The notes below the pieces were generated by a model. That model was not told the DNA's origin. It saw only the letters and a program-made list of their open reading frames with translations, and ran no database searches. DNA of 64,000 nucleotides from Candidatus Aenigmatarchaeota archaeon (lineage in GTDB: Archaea > Aenigmatarchaeota > Aenigmatarchaeia > QMZP01 > QMZT01), in NCBI GenBank assembly GCA_043808015.1, contig JAZDFI010000008.1, positions 19,408 to 83,407 of the forward strand, written 5' to 3'. Below are positions 7,899 to 18,199 of the stretch, piece by piece. The translations under genes were made by a program, and so were the position numbers. The first letter of the stretch is position 1. The number at the start of each line of letters is the position of its first letter.

Positions 7899-8975
7899 TT
7901 AGTCCATGTGCAGCTCGACGATGTCGCCGTCCCTGAGAAGATGTTTTATGCCGACCTTCTGGCCATCAAATCTTGCCGTCGGTCCCCATATGCGCGCGTG
8001 GTCAAGATTCCTGGCGAACTCCCTGTGTATGCGTTCCGCTGCATCGTATACTGTCACGCCTTTCTTCATTATGAGCGGTTTTTCCATGTCCGGCGGCTTG
8101 CCGATTCGCTTCAGGTATATCCTGACCAGCTCGAGACGATTCCATATCGCCCTCTTCATCTCTTCCACACCCTCGCCCTTCAGTGATGAGATTTTCATAT
8201 AATCCTTTGGAATAGTTTTCCTCCGCTCGTCCGTAAGGAGGTCGGACTTGGAAAAAACAATCATCACCTTGACGTAAGCCCTGTTGCCTGACGTCGCGTC
8301 AATCAGTCGGTCGAGCGTTATGTCCTCGCGAATTATGACGTCGGCGTTGTGTATGCCGCGCTCGTTCATGATCAACTTGACCATTTTTTCGTCAACGTGC
8401 CGCAGGCGTACGCCTGCACTCACTTTGACTCCACCCCTGTCAGTCTTTTTTATCGTCACGTTCGGCGGTTTTTCGTTCAGCCTGAATCCCGCTTCGTAAA
8501 GTTCGCGCTGTATAACTTGCAGCTGCTGCGCGCTTTCTATCATTATCAGAATCAAATCGGCATTCCTTACAACCGAGAATATCTCCTTGCCGCGCCCGCG
8601 GCCGGCTGAAGCGCCAGTCACGATGCCTGGGATGTCCAGGACCTGTATTTTCGCGGAGTTGTATTCCAGTACGCCCGGCACGACGTCTAGAGTCGTGAAG
8701 TCGTATTCTCCGACCTTCGAATCCGCGGATGTTATCTTGTTAAGCAGCGTCGATTTGCCGACGGAAGGAAAGCCAACCAGCAGAACCGTCGCGTCTCCGC
8801 ATTTCTTGACAGAAAAAACCTTACCGCCCACACCAGACTTGCCGCCGCTTTCTATTTCCTCCTTCAGTCGCGCTAGTTTACACTTCAGCTGGCCGACGTG
8901 GTATTGCGTGGCCTTGTTGTATTTGGTTTTGTGTATCTCCTCTTCTATCTTCTTCATTTCCTCTTCGCGACCCAT
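7899..8975 (-). CDS. DRG/Rbg-family OBG GTPase with TGS domain
   Basis: TKYNKATQYHVG.LK, GFPSVGKST, YDFTT, DIPG, C-terminal TGS. Confidence 0.93.
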   Translation of the reverse strand: MGREEEMKKIEEEIHKTKYNKATQYHVGQLKCKLARLKEEIESGGKSGVGGKVFSVKKCGDATVLLVGFPSVGKSTLLNKITSADSKVGEYDFTTLDVVPGVLEYNSAKIQVLDIPGIVTGASAGRGRGKEIFSVVRNADLILIMIESAQQLQVIQRELYEAGFRLNEKPPNVTIKKTDRGGVKVSAGVRLRHVDEKMVKLIMNERGIHNADVIIREDITLDRLIDATSGNRAYVKVMIVFSKSDLLTDERRKTIPKDYMKISSLKGEGVEEMKRAIWNRLELVRIYLKRIGKPPDMEKPLIMKKGVTVYDAAERIHREFARNLDHARIWGPTARFDGQKVGIKHLLRDGDIVELHMD

Positions 8976-9014
8976 ATGCCCTCTTTTATTATGGAGTTTT
9001 CAGAATTATATTAT

Positions 9015-10655
9015 ATGGCTTTGCCTCTTTTATTCGATATTGGCATGATTATAGTCATTTCTGCGGTCCTAGCATACGTTGCCAAGTTTCTCAGACAACC
9101 GATACTGGTCGCATACGTGATTGCCGGCATTATCGTAGGACCCATGGGCATGGGCATAATAACTAACAGCGAAGAGATAGCGTTACTGTCGGAGCTGGGC
9201 ATAGTTTTCCTGCTGTTTTCCGTAGGGCTGGAGATAGATTTCCGCAAGCTCAGGCATGTGGGATTCTCGTCGCTGGTCGGCGGCGCGATACAGATAGCGC
9301 TCATGTTCGGCCTCGGTTTCGTCGTCGCTGGCATGTTCGGTCTGGGCTCGATGCTCGCCGTTTACATCGGCCTTTTGCTGGCGTTTTCGAGCACCATGAT
9401 AGTCGCCAAGATACTCGCGGACAAGGATGAACTCAACACCATGCACGGCAGGATAATGCTGGGCATACTGCTCCTGCAGGACGTCATCGCCATAATCGTT
9501 CTTCCGCTGATGGCGAACATGGCGGCGGTAACGTCGCTTGATTTTACGTTGTCCATCGCCATGCGCGGCCTGGGGCTTTTCGCCCTTGCCATAGTTCTGA
9601 ACAAATTTTTCTTCCCGCTCATACTCGACTACGCCGCGGAGAGGCATGAAGTCCTGTTCGTCACGGCGGTCGCGAACTGCTTCTTCTTCATAGGCGCCTC
9701 GTATTTCCTCGGCTTTTCGATAGCGATAGGCGGCTTCATAGCCGGCATATCGATGGCCAACTTCCCGTACAACGTCGAAATCGCTGGAGAAGTCCACGCG
9801 CTGAGAGACTTCTTCTCGATACTGTTCTTCTCGACGCTCGGCATGCAGGTCAATTTCCTGGTCTTGCAGCAGTCGCTTCCGCTTTTCGTGACGCTCATGC
9901 TTTTGCTCGTGCTGCTCAAGCCGGTACTGCTATCGTTCATCTATCTCCTGCTCGGATACGGCGGCAGGACGTCCGGATACATCGGTCTTGGCCTCGGCCA
10001 ATCCAGCGAGTTCATGTTCATACTGGCCGCCGAGATGCTCGTCATAGGCTCCATAACGCGCGAATTTTATTCGCTGATCATAAGCGTCGTCGTGCTTTCG
10101 ATAGTAATCACTCCATATGCCATGAACGCCAGGAGCGGTTTCTATAATATGTTCTCCCGTTTCAGGCTGCCGAAGCGTCTGCTGCATCCGAAAAGCATCC
10201 ACGTCATAGAGAACCAGCCGAAAGACCAGATGAAAGCGCATGTCATAGTTTTCGGGGCGCACAGGATGGGAGGTAAAATAATAAAATACCTGGCCAGCGT
10301 GAAAGAGAAGTTCGTGGTCATAGAGCGCGACCCCGAGATAGTCAAGGAGCTCGGCAGGCAGAACGTTTACATAAAATATGGCGACGCGGAAAACGAGGAG
10401 ATACTCGAAAAGGTCGGACTCGCCAAAGCCAGGATGGTGATACTCACCATACCTTATGCCGACACATCGTCGTTCGTGATAAGAAGGGCCAGGAGGCTCA
10501 ATCCCGGCATCAGGATCATAGCCCGCGCCCAGTGTGAACAGGACGCCGAAAGCCTTTATCTCGCCGGCGCGGACGCGGTCATAATACCCGAGATCGTTTC
10601 AGCGGAGAAAATAATAAAGAAAATAGACCATTTTCGTAAAGAGAAAAAACTATGA
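9015..10655 (+). CDS. Kef-type CPA2 cation/H+ antiporter with TrkA-N domain
   Basis: Multiple TM helices, SST.IV.K, LLLQD, GQ.SEF, C-terminal RCK (VFGAHRMG, YGDA). Confidence 0.9.
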   Translation: MALPLLFDIGMIIVISAVLAYVAKFLRQPILVAYVIAGIIVGPMGMGIITNSEEIALLSELGIVFLLFSVGLEIDFRKLRHVGFSSLVGGAIQIALMFGLGFVVAGMFGLGSMLAVYIGLLLAFSSTMIVAKILADKDELNTMHGRIMLGILLLQDVIAIIVLPLMANMAAVTSLDFTLSIAMRGLGLFALAIVLNKFFFPLILDYAAERHEVLFVTAVANCFFFIGASYFLGFSIAIGGFIAGISMANFPYNVEIAGEVHALRDFFSILFFSTLGMQVNFLVLQQSLPLFVTLMLLLVLLKPVLLSFIYLLLGYGGRTSGYIGLGLGQSSEFMFILAAEMLVIGSITREFYSLIISVVVLSIVITPYAMNARSGFYNMFSRFRLPKRLLHPKSIHVIENQPKDQMKAHVIVFGAHRMGGKIIKYLASVKEKFVVIERDPEIVKELGRQNVYIKYGDAENEEILEKVGLAKARMVILTIPYADTSSFVIRRARRLNPGIRIIARAQCEQDAESLYLAGADAVIIPEIVSAEKIIKKIDHFRKEKKL

Positions 10656-11464
10656 GACACGCAATTTCTGCAGAACCCGTCCCGAAAGACCAGCATCTAA
10701 TGACGAATCAGGGCACAGTTGATAAAATAGTGGCCGCCGCCAAATTGAAGCACGGCGACTACGTGCTCGAGATAGGTGCCGGTTCTGGTTTGCTGACGTT
10801 AAGGCTCGCTAGTAAGGGAGCCAGGGTGCTGGCGATAGAGATGGACAAACGCTTCGCAACAACGCTTGGAAAAATCGAGGCGGCTAACGTCGAAATAATA
10901 TACGCCAATGCCATAGACCTCATCGACAAAATAAAGTTCAACAAGGTAGTGTCCAACATACCGTATGCCATATGCGAGCCGCTTGTCAGCAGACTGATGA
11001 AAAAGGAGTTCGAAATCGCGGTTCTCAGCGTACCGGAGAGCTTCTACAAAATACTCACATCGAAGCCCGGGGAAAAAACGCATTCCATCCTTTCGCTGAA
11101 GGCGCAGAGTTTTTTCAGCACAGAGTTACTGTTCATCATAGACAAAAACGACTTCTCGCCGCCACCTAAGACGGAGTCAGTAGCCATCGCCATAAGGCCG
11201 CTCTCGAAGAGCGATTACGAAAAAAATCCGGGCGCGTTCGTCTTCAGGGAGCTTTTCATGCAGAAGACCAAGAAGCTCGGCAACGCCCTGGCTGAAGCGC
11301 TCATAAACGCAGGCCGCATGCCACATGGCGAACAGCTCACCAAAAGGACAGCCAAGGCGAAAATAAAGGAAATGGAATTAGGCAAGCTGTTGCAAAAGAA
11401 AGTCGAAGAGATGCGGCTTGATGATTTAATGGCCGTGAAAAAGAAGCTCACAATTTCTTCATGA
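10652..11464 (+). CDS. ksgA: 16S rRNA dimethyladenosine transferase
   Basis: DQHL, VLEIGAGSG.LT, VSNIPY.I, FSPPPK.ES. Confidence 0.88.
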   Translation: MRHAISAEPVPKDQHLMTNQGTVDKIVAAAKLKHGDYVLEIGAGSGLLTLRLASKGARVLAIEMDKRFATTLGKIEAANVEIIYANAIDLIDKIKFNKVVSNIPYAICEPLVSRLMKKEFEIAVLSVPESFYKILTSKPGEKTHSILSLKAQSFFSTELLFIIDKNDFSPPPKTESVAIAIRPLSKSDYEKNPGAFVFRELFMQKTKKLGNALAEALINAGRMPHGEQLTKRTAKAKIKEMELGKLLQKKVEEMRLDDLMAVKKKLTISS

Positions 11465-12158
11465 AGGCTTCGTCACCGGACTGGACGCTTACACCTTTAT
11501 CGGTTATCTTGTACGGGTGAAGCTTTTTCGAATGGTCGGAGCCGCTCATCTTCCATACCTGTATAGCGCGGTTGAATGAGAATTCGTCCCTCTCGTAGTA
11601 AAGCACTACCACACTGTCGGTGACGAATTCTTCGACGCCGTAGCGCGAAATCTTGCCCGCGCTGCCAGGAACGATTTCAGAGACCAGAAGCGCCGTGCAT
11701 CCCAGCTTGCGCAGGATGACGGAAAGGTTGAAAATCATGCGCCTCAGCTCGGCTTTGTCGCGTACGTGGATGCCTAGAGCCGAAACAGAGTCGATTACGA
11801 CGCGCTGGGCCTTGGTGTCGCGTATGGAGTTCTCGAGTATCTCGAAAACCTCTTCTATGTGATAAGGGTCGTATTTTATGAAAGAGAACTTGCCGGCCTT
11901 TTCGTAAGGCTCGAAGTTGATGCCGAACTGGCTGACATTGTTCTTTATGCTCTGGGGCATTTCCTCGAACGACAGGTAAATGCCATTTTCCTTGAACTTG
12001 GTCAGGCCGTTGTATATGTATTGCGTGCATATGGTAGTCTTGCCAGTGCCGCAAGTGCCCGAAAGCAGGACGAGCTGCCCTTTCGGTATGCCGCCATTCA
12101 TTATTTCGTCAAGGCCTTCTATACCCGTTTTTACGCGCTCCAACATAAGACCAACCAT
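11448..12158 (-). CDS. KaiC-like RecA-superfamily ATPase
   Basis: TGIEGLD..GGIP, GTCGTGKT, RVVIDS, WKM.GS.H. Confidence 0.9.
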   Translation of the reverse strand: MVGLMLERVKTGIEGLDEIMNGGIPKGQLVLLSGTCGTGKTTICTQYIYNGLTKFKENGIYLSFEEMPQSIKNNVSQFGINFEPYEKAGKFSFIKYDPYHIEEVFEILENSIRDTKAQRVVIDSVSALGIHVRDKAELRRMIFNLSVILRKLGCTALLVSEIVPGSAGKISRYGVEEFVTDSVVVLYYERDEFSFNRAIQVWKMSGSDHSKKLHPYKITDKGVSVQSGDEAFMKKL

Positions 12159-12238
12159 GAAAAATTTACAGTGTTATTCTTTTTCCGAGGCAGTATATAT
12201 TGTTATTTGTCGCCCGATTCTTAAAAACGATTTTGGCG

Positions 12239-13264
12239 CTATCCCGATAGCCACCTGTTCAGACTGTCGCAGCTTTTGCCGCGGTTTGAGCAGATGCGCT
12301 CTATGGTCTTGCCAATGCGCTCTTCCGAAAAGTCGAAATCGAGCATGAAGTCCCTGAGCGTCGCCATGTCAGGTTTCGTCCTCTTTATCTCCACGTCGCT
12401 CACCGGCGGCTTCATGAAGAAGTCGAATATCTCCTGCGCGCTCGTCTCGTTATCCCAGGTGACGCGGGAAATCACGCCATCGAGGCTTTTATGATCCTTC
12501 ACCATCTTCAGCGCGGTTTTCGGACCGATGCCTTTGACGCCGCCCGGATTGTAGTCCGTGCCTATGAGAATCCCTGTTATTATCATCTGCTCGCGGCTCA
12601 GGCCGAGTTTCGCCAGCACGTCCTTTAGCTCGATAATCTCAGGCCTGACTTCGACGTAATCCTCCTTGCGCGCAACTTTGCGCCTGCCGCTGACTGTAAG
12701 GTTCTTTATCATCCTGTTCGCCCCGAAAAGCACAGAGTCCCAGTCCTGCGAGCCGCTCGCCCAGACGACGCCCGCGTTCGCCATATAAGCAGCCTGTGCC
12801 TCTCCTTCGCTCGGCGCCTGGACGACAGGTATGCCCATTAGCTCTAGCAGTTTTTTCGCATCGCTTATCATGTCGCCTGTAAGCCGCGAAGTAGCCTGCG
12901 CATATCGCCTCACGGCCTCGATATCGCCGTCGTCCCTCGCCTTCTCGAGTTTCGCCTCAGCATTCTTCTTTATCGCGCTTCTTATCTCTGCAGTCCTGTG
13001 CTTGAACGCGGGCGGTTTGCCGTCGAATACGAATATCGGGTCTATGCCGTTCTCTATCAGGTTGGTCGTGCGGTAGAACAGCCCCGAGAGATGCGACGTG
13101 ACGCGACCCTTCGAATCTTTCAGCGACTCGCCCGTGAAGCGGTCGCGTATTATGGAAAGGAACTGGTACATCGTGTTGAACGCATCTATCGCTATCATCC
13201 GTCCCTTCAGGTCCGCTAGTTCTATCTGCCTGCCTGTGACCAGTTCTGAAAGATTCACGCCCAT
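12239..13264 (-). CDS. fen: Flap endonuclease 1
   Basis: MGV, AIDA.N..YQFL, FVFDG, APSEGEAQ, SQDWD, GTDYN.GG..GIGPK. Confidence 0.96.
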   Translation of the reverse strand: MGVNLSELVTGRQIELADLKGRMIAIDAFNTMYQFLSIIRDRFTGESLKDSKGRVTSHLSGLFYRTTNLIENGIDPIFVFDGKPPAFKHRTAEIRSAIKKNAEAKLEKARDDGDIEAVRRYAQATSRLTGDMISDAKKLLELMGIPVVQAPSEGEAQAAYMANAGVVWASGSQDWDSVLFGANRMIKNLTVSGRRKVARKEDYVEVRPEIIELKDVLAKLGLSREQMIITGILIGTDYNPGGVKGIGPKTALKMVKDHKSLDGVISRVTWDNETSAQEIFDFFMKPPVSDVEIKRTKPDMATLRDFMLDFDFSEERIGKTIERICSNRGKSCDSLNRWLSG

Positions 13265-13310
13265 GCTAAAAATTGCCTTGGTGTTTAATAAACAATAAGC
13301 GCATACGATG

Positions 13311-13871
13311 CTAGAAAACAATGAAGGATAGTCCTATAAGAACGAATGCCATGCCTGCTATTTTTGTCATGGTTTTCGGGTTGATTTTTTTCGTTATGAA
13401 CTTACCGGCGTATATCGCCATCGCTGAAAGAGTGAACATGGCGACCAGCGTACCAGCGAGAACCGCTAGCGGATTGTATTGCGTGGCCAGAAGCCCGGAT
13501 GAGAGTTGCGTTTTATCACCCCACTCGGCCATGAATATCATCAAGAAGCCTGCTAGAAACGGATTCTGCGATCTCATTTTGTCCGGCTGGCATATACCTT
13601 TCTCTAAAAACATCATCACGCCGAAGGCGATGAACATTCCGCCTGCGACTACTTTTACATAGAACTGCGGGATTAGCGCGGACAGGAAAGAGCCGGCGAG
13701 TATCGCCACGCCATCGACGATCAGATACCCCAGCGTTATGCCTATCAGAAGTTTGGTGTGGTTTTTCGTCTTTGAAGACATGAAAAGTATGCACAGCTGC
13801 GTCTTATCTCCTAGCTCTGCTATGCCAACTGCGACAAGCGCGACCAGAAAGTCAGCTATCATAAGCGTCAC
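13311..13871 (-). CDS. TMEM165/GDT1 (UPF0016) transporter
   Basis: Two AE(L/W)GDKTQL motifs. Confidence 0.93.
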   Translation of the reverse strand: MTLMIADFLVALVAVGIAELGDKTQLCILFMSSKTKNHTKLLIGITLGYLIVDGVAILAGSFLSALIPQFYVKVVAGGMFIAFGVMMFLEKGICQPDKMRSQNPFLAGFLMIFMAEWGDKTQLSSGLLATQYNPLAVLAGTLVAMFTLSAMAIYAGKFITKKINPKTMTKIAGMAFVLIGLSFIVF

Positions 13872-14212
13872 TAGCAGCTGGAATGAATTAAGGCGACCGC
13901 TTTCTTCTTGTCGGCCAGGAAGCCGTTGAACATCTTAGCAGCCTTGGGCGAAAGGTCATGGTATATCTCGATTTTTTTGTCCTCAGCGGCCTGGGCGACT
14001 TCCTCGGGGATTGTGACGTGGCCTTCCATGCCAGTGCCCAGAATAATGAGTTCAGGCTCTTTCTCGGCAAGCTTCAGGAACTCGTTTATGCCGAACTCGT
14101 GCGATTTCGTGCGGAATTCGATCTTGCCGTCCCACCACACAATCATGTCGGAAAAGTAGGTCTTGCCGTCTATATCGACCTCGTCGAACCTGACATCAGT
14201 TATCTTTACCAT
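13871..14212 (-). CDS. Mth938-like (DUF498) protein
   Basis: PELIILGTG..G and C-terminal ALIHSSC. Confidence 0.85.
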   Translation of the reverse strand: MVKITDVRFDEVDIDGKTYFSDMIVWWDGKIEFRTKSHEFGINEFLKLAEKEPELIILGTGMEGHVTIPEEVAQAAEDKKIEIYHDLSPKAAKMFNGFLADKKKAVALIHSSC

Positions 14213-14245
14213 GTTTATTATTGGTATTGGAGCGGATAAAAAGAA

Positions 14246-14410
14246 TAGCCCCGGGCGGATTCGAACCGCCGTCAACCGGTTTCTCCCGATTCGGGTTTTT
14301 GCTGAAGCTTTTTATTAAAAAGCTTCGTCCAGAGCCGGTTATCCTTAACCCCCCTCTCAAATCGCTTTAAGAAAAATTTTCAAAGGGATTGGCCACTAGA
14401 CTACGGGGCT
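14246..14410 (-). tRNA. tRNA-Gln(CUG) with two introns (21/22: 14345-14388; 37/38: 14281-14328)
   Basis: Spliced AGCCCCGTAGTCTAGTGGCCAA|GGATAACCGGCTCTGG|ACCGGTTGACGGCGGTTCGAATCCGCCCGGGGCTA; both junctions form BHB motifs (GGCC/GGTT; CTCT/GGAG). Confidence 0.9.
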
Positions 14411-15285
14411 ATATTCAACATTCTTCTTACGTGCTTTATATTATTAAATCTTATGTTTGTTTTATATTTTTCTATCTCCTCCTTTTTAGAGAGGAAAAAT
14501 TGATCTAAAATTATTTTAGATGGAGAAAAACCAAGTGATATTAAACCACTTCTCGCGTCAAAAAGCAAATTTTTAGATTTATTTTTAAAGGATATTCTCA
14601 ATAATTTTCTATCTCGTCTTGACATTCTAAATATTGATCCATCTGTATCTATCAAACCTCTTATACATGATTTTAAAAAATTGGTATCAGTTTTTATCCA
14701 TTCAGGTATTCCAACATTATTCACTTTTTTATTACCGTTTTTTAACCCAAAACTTTCCAATATTTTTATAATTTCTTTGCTGTATACAGTTATGAATATT
14801 TCATTTTTTCTCATCTCGATTTTTGAATTTATTTTAAAAATGTCATCTACCAGAGGTTTTACAAAATTCAATAAATAATCTCTTTCTGTTTTCAAATCTC
14901 CAGCTATTTTTAACGCATATACGCCCTTTTCTCCGTTCCAGTAGAGATTACCATCGCCTAAAATTATCCCTATGATTTCAGCCAATTCGATTGATTTTTC
15001 AGGAATCATAATTTTTTTGGTTTTACCGGGGGAATTTTTACCTCCCAGTACTTTGCCCCAATTGTCTTCCAGTTTTTTATCGATATGTTTGTAGAATTCA
15101 ACTTCGGCAACCTGACACAATTTTTTAAAAACTTCTGAATTTAACGATACTTTTTCATTGAGTAAATCTATTCTCAAATAATCTTTACTAACTCCCACCA
15201 TTTTACTCAATTGCAGCCATGTTTTATTTCTTTTCGCTTTCAATATAAGTTCCCTCTGCTTACCATTTTTTAATATTACCCGCAT
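14401..15285 (-). mobile_element. Free-standing double-motif LAGLIDADG homing endonuclease-like gene whose stop codon lies inside tRNA-Gln
   Basis: LAEIIGIILGDG and CIRGLIDTDG; very AT-rich; ends ATA GCC CCG TAG, overlapping tRNA nt 1-10. Confidence 0.88.
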
Positions 15286-15316
15286 TAAATTATTTAGTTT
15301 TTCTCACTTATAAATT

Positions 15317-15335
15317 TCCTTGTACACTGGACTAC
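15317..15335 (-). repeat. Degenerate copy of the intron-less tRNA-Gln D-arm
   Basis: GTAGTCCAGTGTACAAGGA versus spliced tRNA GTAGTCTAGTGGCCAAGGA (16/19). Confidence 0.55.
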
Positions 15336-15436
15336 ATATTAAAAAGTAAAATAATGTCAAATTATTGTAACTTTTTAGTGATAAAACTATTTATAAATAA
15401 AAAAATCAAGTATTTACAATAAAACGGGTGACAGGT

Positions 15437-16816
15437 ATGGACTTCGGTTTCGAGAGCTTCGATGCCGGTTTTGCAGGCTTTGACGTGGATGTGGAAGACT
15501 TCCATATCAGCAAAAAGAAGAAATACGACAGGATATGGAAGGTTGGTGCTGGCGGCAGCGTGTGCTCCAAACCTGTCATTGATGGCAATGTAGCTTACTT
15601 TGGGTCGCTTGATCATAATGTCTATGCTATTGATTTGAATACCGGCAAAGAGCTTTGGAGATTAAAGACTAACGGCCTTATACTTGATTCCTCTCCATCT
15701 CTGCATGATGGAGTGCTGTTCATCGGAACCTTTGGTCACGACGTTCATGCCATAAACGCTTATGAAGGAACCGAGTTGTGGAAATTCCGTGCAGGAGCGG
15801 AGATAAACTCCAGACCTCTCGTTTTCAACGATATGGTATTTTTCACGTCAAAGAACGGCTACATGTATGCTGTGAGCGAATCCTCTGGAAAGGAGCTGTG
15901 GCGCTTCAGGACGGGAGCGGAAATGGTTTCAGCACCGACCCAATACGATGGCAAAATAATAATCGGCTCATACGACGGATACCTTTATTGTGTTAATATC
16001 GACGGTAAGGAACTCTGGCGCTTCAGAACAGGAGCGGAAATAGAAAATGACGATTATTTTCTCATAGATGACGGCATAATATACTTCGGCAGCTTCGACA
16101 ACAATCTTTATGCCGTGGACATAAAGACAGGCCGTGAAGCATGGCGCTTCAAAACGGGCAAATACGGCAACTGCGGCGTGCCGAGGATGCACAAAAAAGT
16201 CATATATTACGGATCGAGGGACGGTATATTCTACGCCATAGACTCCATTACGGGAAAAGAAACCTGGCGCTTCAGCACAGGCAAAGAGATAATAGACAAG
16301 GGCCCCCTGGTATACAAAAACAAAATCTATTTCGGCGCGGGCGACAACAATGTTTATTGCCTGAACCTCGAAGGCGAAGAACTCTGGCGCTTCAAGACCA
16401 GCGGCGGAGTTTACACGTCTGTAGTTGAGCACAAAGGTACGCTCTACTTCGGCAGCTGGGACTGCCACCTTTACGCAGTCGATTCAGCTACGGGCAAAGA
16501 GGTGTGGCGCTTTGCGACTAGCTCGCTTACGCCAGCGCCGTTGCCGCCTGCATACGAATGCTTTGAAGTGGAAATCAAAAAAGGCGCTCACATAGAGGAC
16601 GCGATATCTGAAGAAAAATATTCCAGTAAAAAACACGATCACGTTTCTCTTTCAAACTACCAGATAACGAGCGAGTATTCGACTAAGAGCGAATACAAGC
16701 AGAAGAGCGATTACGACGCCCATTGGGTAATGTTTGAAGGTATACTAAACGAGGAGGAACTGACATGTCTTTCGAATTTGGTGGATTTGAATCAGCGGAC
16801 TTTGATGTCGAGCTAG
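15437..16816 (+). CDS. PQQ-like/BamB beta-propeller repeat protein
   Basis: Repeated YFGS.D..(L/V)YA.D..TGKE.WRF.T. Confidence 0.9.
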   Translation: MDFGFESFDAGFAGFDVDVEDFHISKKKKYDRIWKVGAGGSVCSKPVIDGNVAYFGSLDHNVYAIDLNTGKELWRLKTNGLILDSSPSLHDGVLFIGTFGHDVHAINAYEGTELWKFRAGAEINSRPLVFNDMVFFTSKNGYMYAVSESSGKELWRFRTGAEMVSAPTQYDGKIIIGSYDGYLYCVNIDGKELWRFRTGAEIENDDYFLIDDGIIYFGSFDNNLYAVDIKTGREAWRFKTGKYGNCGVPRMHKKVIYYGSRDGIFYAIDSITGKETWRFSTGKEIIDKGPLVYKNKIYFGAGDNNVYCLNLEGEELWRFKTSGGVYTSVVEHKGTLYFGSWDCHLYAVDSATGKEVWRFATSSLTPAPLPPAYECFEVEIKKGAHIEDAISEEKYSSKKHDHVSLSNYQITSEYSTKSEYKQKSDYDAHWVMFEGILNEEELTCLSNLVDLNQRTLMSS

Positions 16817-18117
16817 AAGATATCGAAATTAAAAGAACGAAAAAATTCGACAGGATGTGGGAAGTCGGCTTCGGCGGCAGCATCAACAACGGAGTAAGGC
16901 TTGTTGACGGCATAATATATTTCGGAGCCATGGACAACTACGTTTACGCTGTCGACGCATCGGATGGCAAGGAAGTTTGGAAATTCAGGACAGGCGACGG
17001 CATATGCGAAAGCACGCCGGAAGTCTCGGGAGGCATAGTGTACGTCGGTTCTTTTGATCATAATCTTTACGCGATTGACGCCAAGACTGGTACGATGAAA
17101 TGGGCTTTCAGAACAGGCGGCAAGGTAGACGCATCCCCCATCGAAAGCGAAGGGATTGTTTATGCCGGCTCAAAGGACTGTTATATCTATGCCGTTGACT
17201 GCAAGTCTGGCAAAGAAGTATGGCGCTTCAGAACAGGAGACGAGATAGCCTCGGCTCCGACACTCCATGACAACGTGATTTTCAACGGCTCTTTTGACAA
17301 GAATTTCTACTGCCTGAACAAGAAAACGGGCAAGGAGATTTGGCGCTTCCGCACTGGTGGGGAAATACACAACGACAGGCCTTTCCTCGTGGTTAATGAA
17401 AGAGTATTTTTCACGTCATTTGACAGCCATCTTTACTGCGCTGATGTTAAAACGGGTAAAGAAATATGGCGTTTTAAGACCGGACGATACGGCAACGCTG
17501 GTAGTCCTGCGTATAACAACGGAGTCATATATCACGGTTCCAGAGACGGCATATTCTATGCAATTTCACATGAAGGCAGAGAGTTGTGGAGATTCAGAAC
17601 AGAGAGAGATGAACCTATAGACGTAATACCACTGATATACAAAAACAGGATATATTTCGGAGCAGGTGACGGTAACTTTTATTGTCTTGATCTGAACGGA
17701 AAGGAAATGTGGAGATTCAGAGCTTCACACAACATTTACACTTCTGCGGCCGTGTTTAACAATGTGATATTTTTCAATTCGATGGATTGCCACTTATATG
17801 CGCTGGACGCGGACACCGGAGAGGAAGTGTGGAGATTCGCCACGTCGACGATGACAATCTCACCATTACCGCCGCCTTATGCATCCTTCAAACTCGAGGT
17901 CCGTAAATCACAAATATCTGAACATTTTGATATCAAAGAAAAATACAAGAAAAGCAAAGAAGAAACAGTGTCGCTGTCCGATTACCACATCAAAAGCGAT
18001 TATGCAACAACTAGCGAATACAAGCAAAAAAGCGACTACGACACGCATTGGGTCATGCTCGATGAAGTGTTTGCCGACGAACCTGAAATTTTCTGCGGAA
18101 TTCTGAAGAAAGCCTGA
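16765..18117 (+). CDS. PQQ-like/BamB beta-propeller repeat protein (tandem paralog)
   Basis: Same repeats and the same N- and C-terminal motifs as the upstream gene. Confidence 0.9.
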   Translation: MSFEFGGFESADFDVELEDIEIKRTKKFDRMWEVGFGGSINNGVRLVDGIIYFGAMDNYVYAVDASDGKEVWKFRTGDGICESTPEVSGGIVYVGSFDHNLYAIDAKTGTMKWAFRTGGKVDASPIESEGIVYAGSKDCYIYAVDCKSGKEVWRFRTGDEIASAPTLHDNVIFNGSFDKNFYCLNKKTGKEIWRFRTGGEIHNDRPFLVVNERVFFTSFDSHLYCADVKTGKEIWRFKTGRYGNAGSPAYNNGVIYHGSRDGIFYAISHEGRELWRFRTERDEPIDVIPLIYKNRIYFGAGDGNFYCLDLNGKEMWRFRASHNIYTSAAVFNNVIFFNSMDCHLYALDADTGEEVWRFATSTMTISPLPPPYASFKLEVRKSQISEHFDIKEKYKKSKEETVSLSDYHIKSDYATTSEYKQKSDYDTHWVMLDEVFADEPEIFCGILKKA

Positions 18118-18199
18118 CAATGCTTTTTAAGCAAAGGCCCGTTAAATTTTATTTAGCTTTTATGGCTCTTATTTAACAAAATAAGACAAAGTGATAAAT

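Noticed and set aside
15437-18117. Recurrent TGGCGCTTCAG-like DNA repeats suggesting a CRISPR array or DGR template
   Set aside because: They are codons of the WRF motif in propeller blades. There are no spacers, cas genes or reverse transcriptase in the window.
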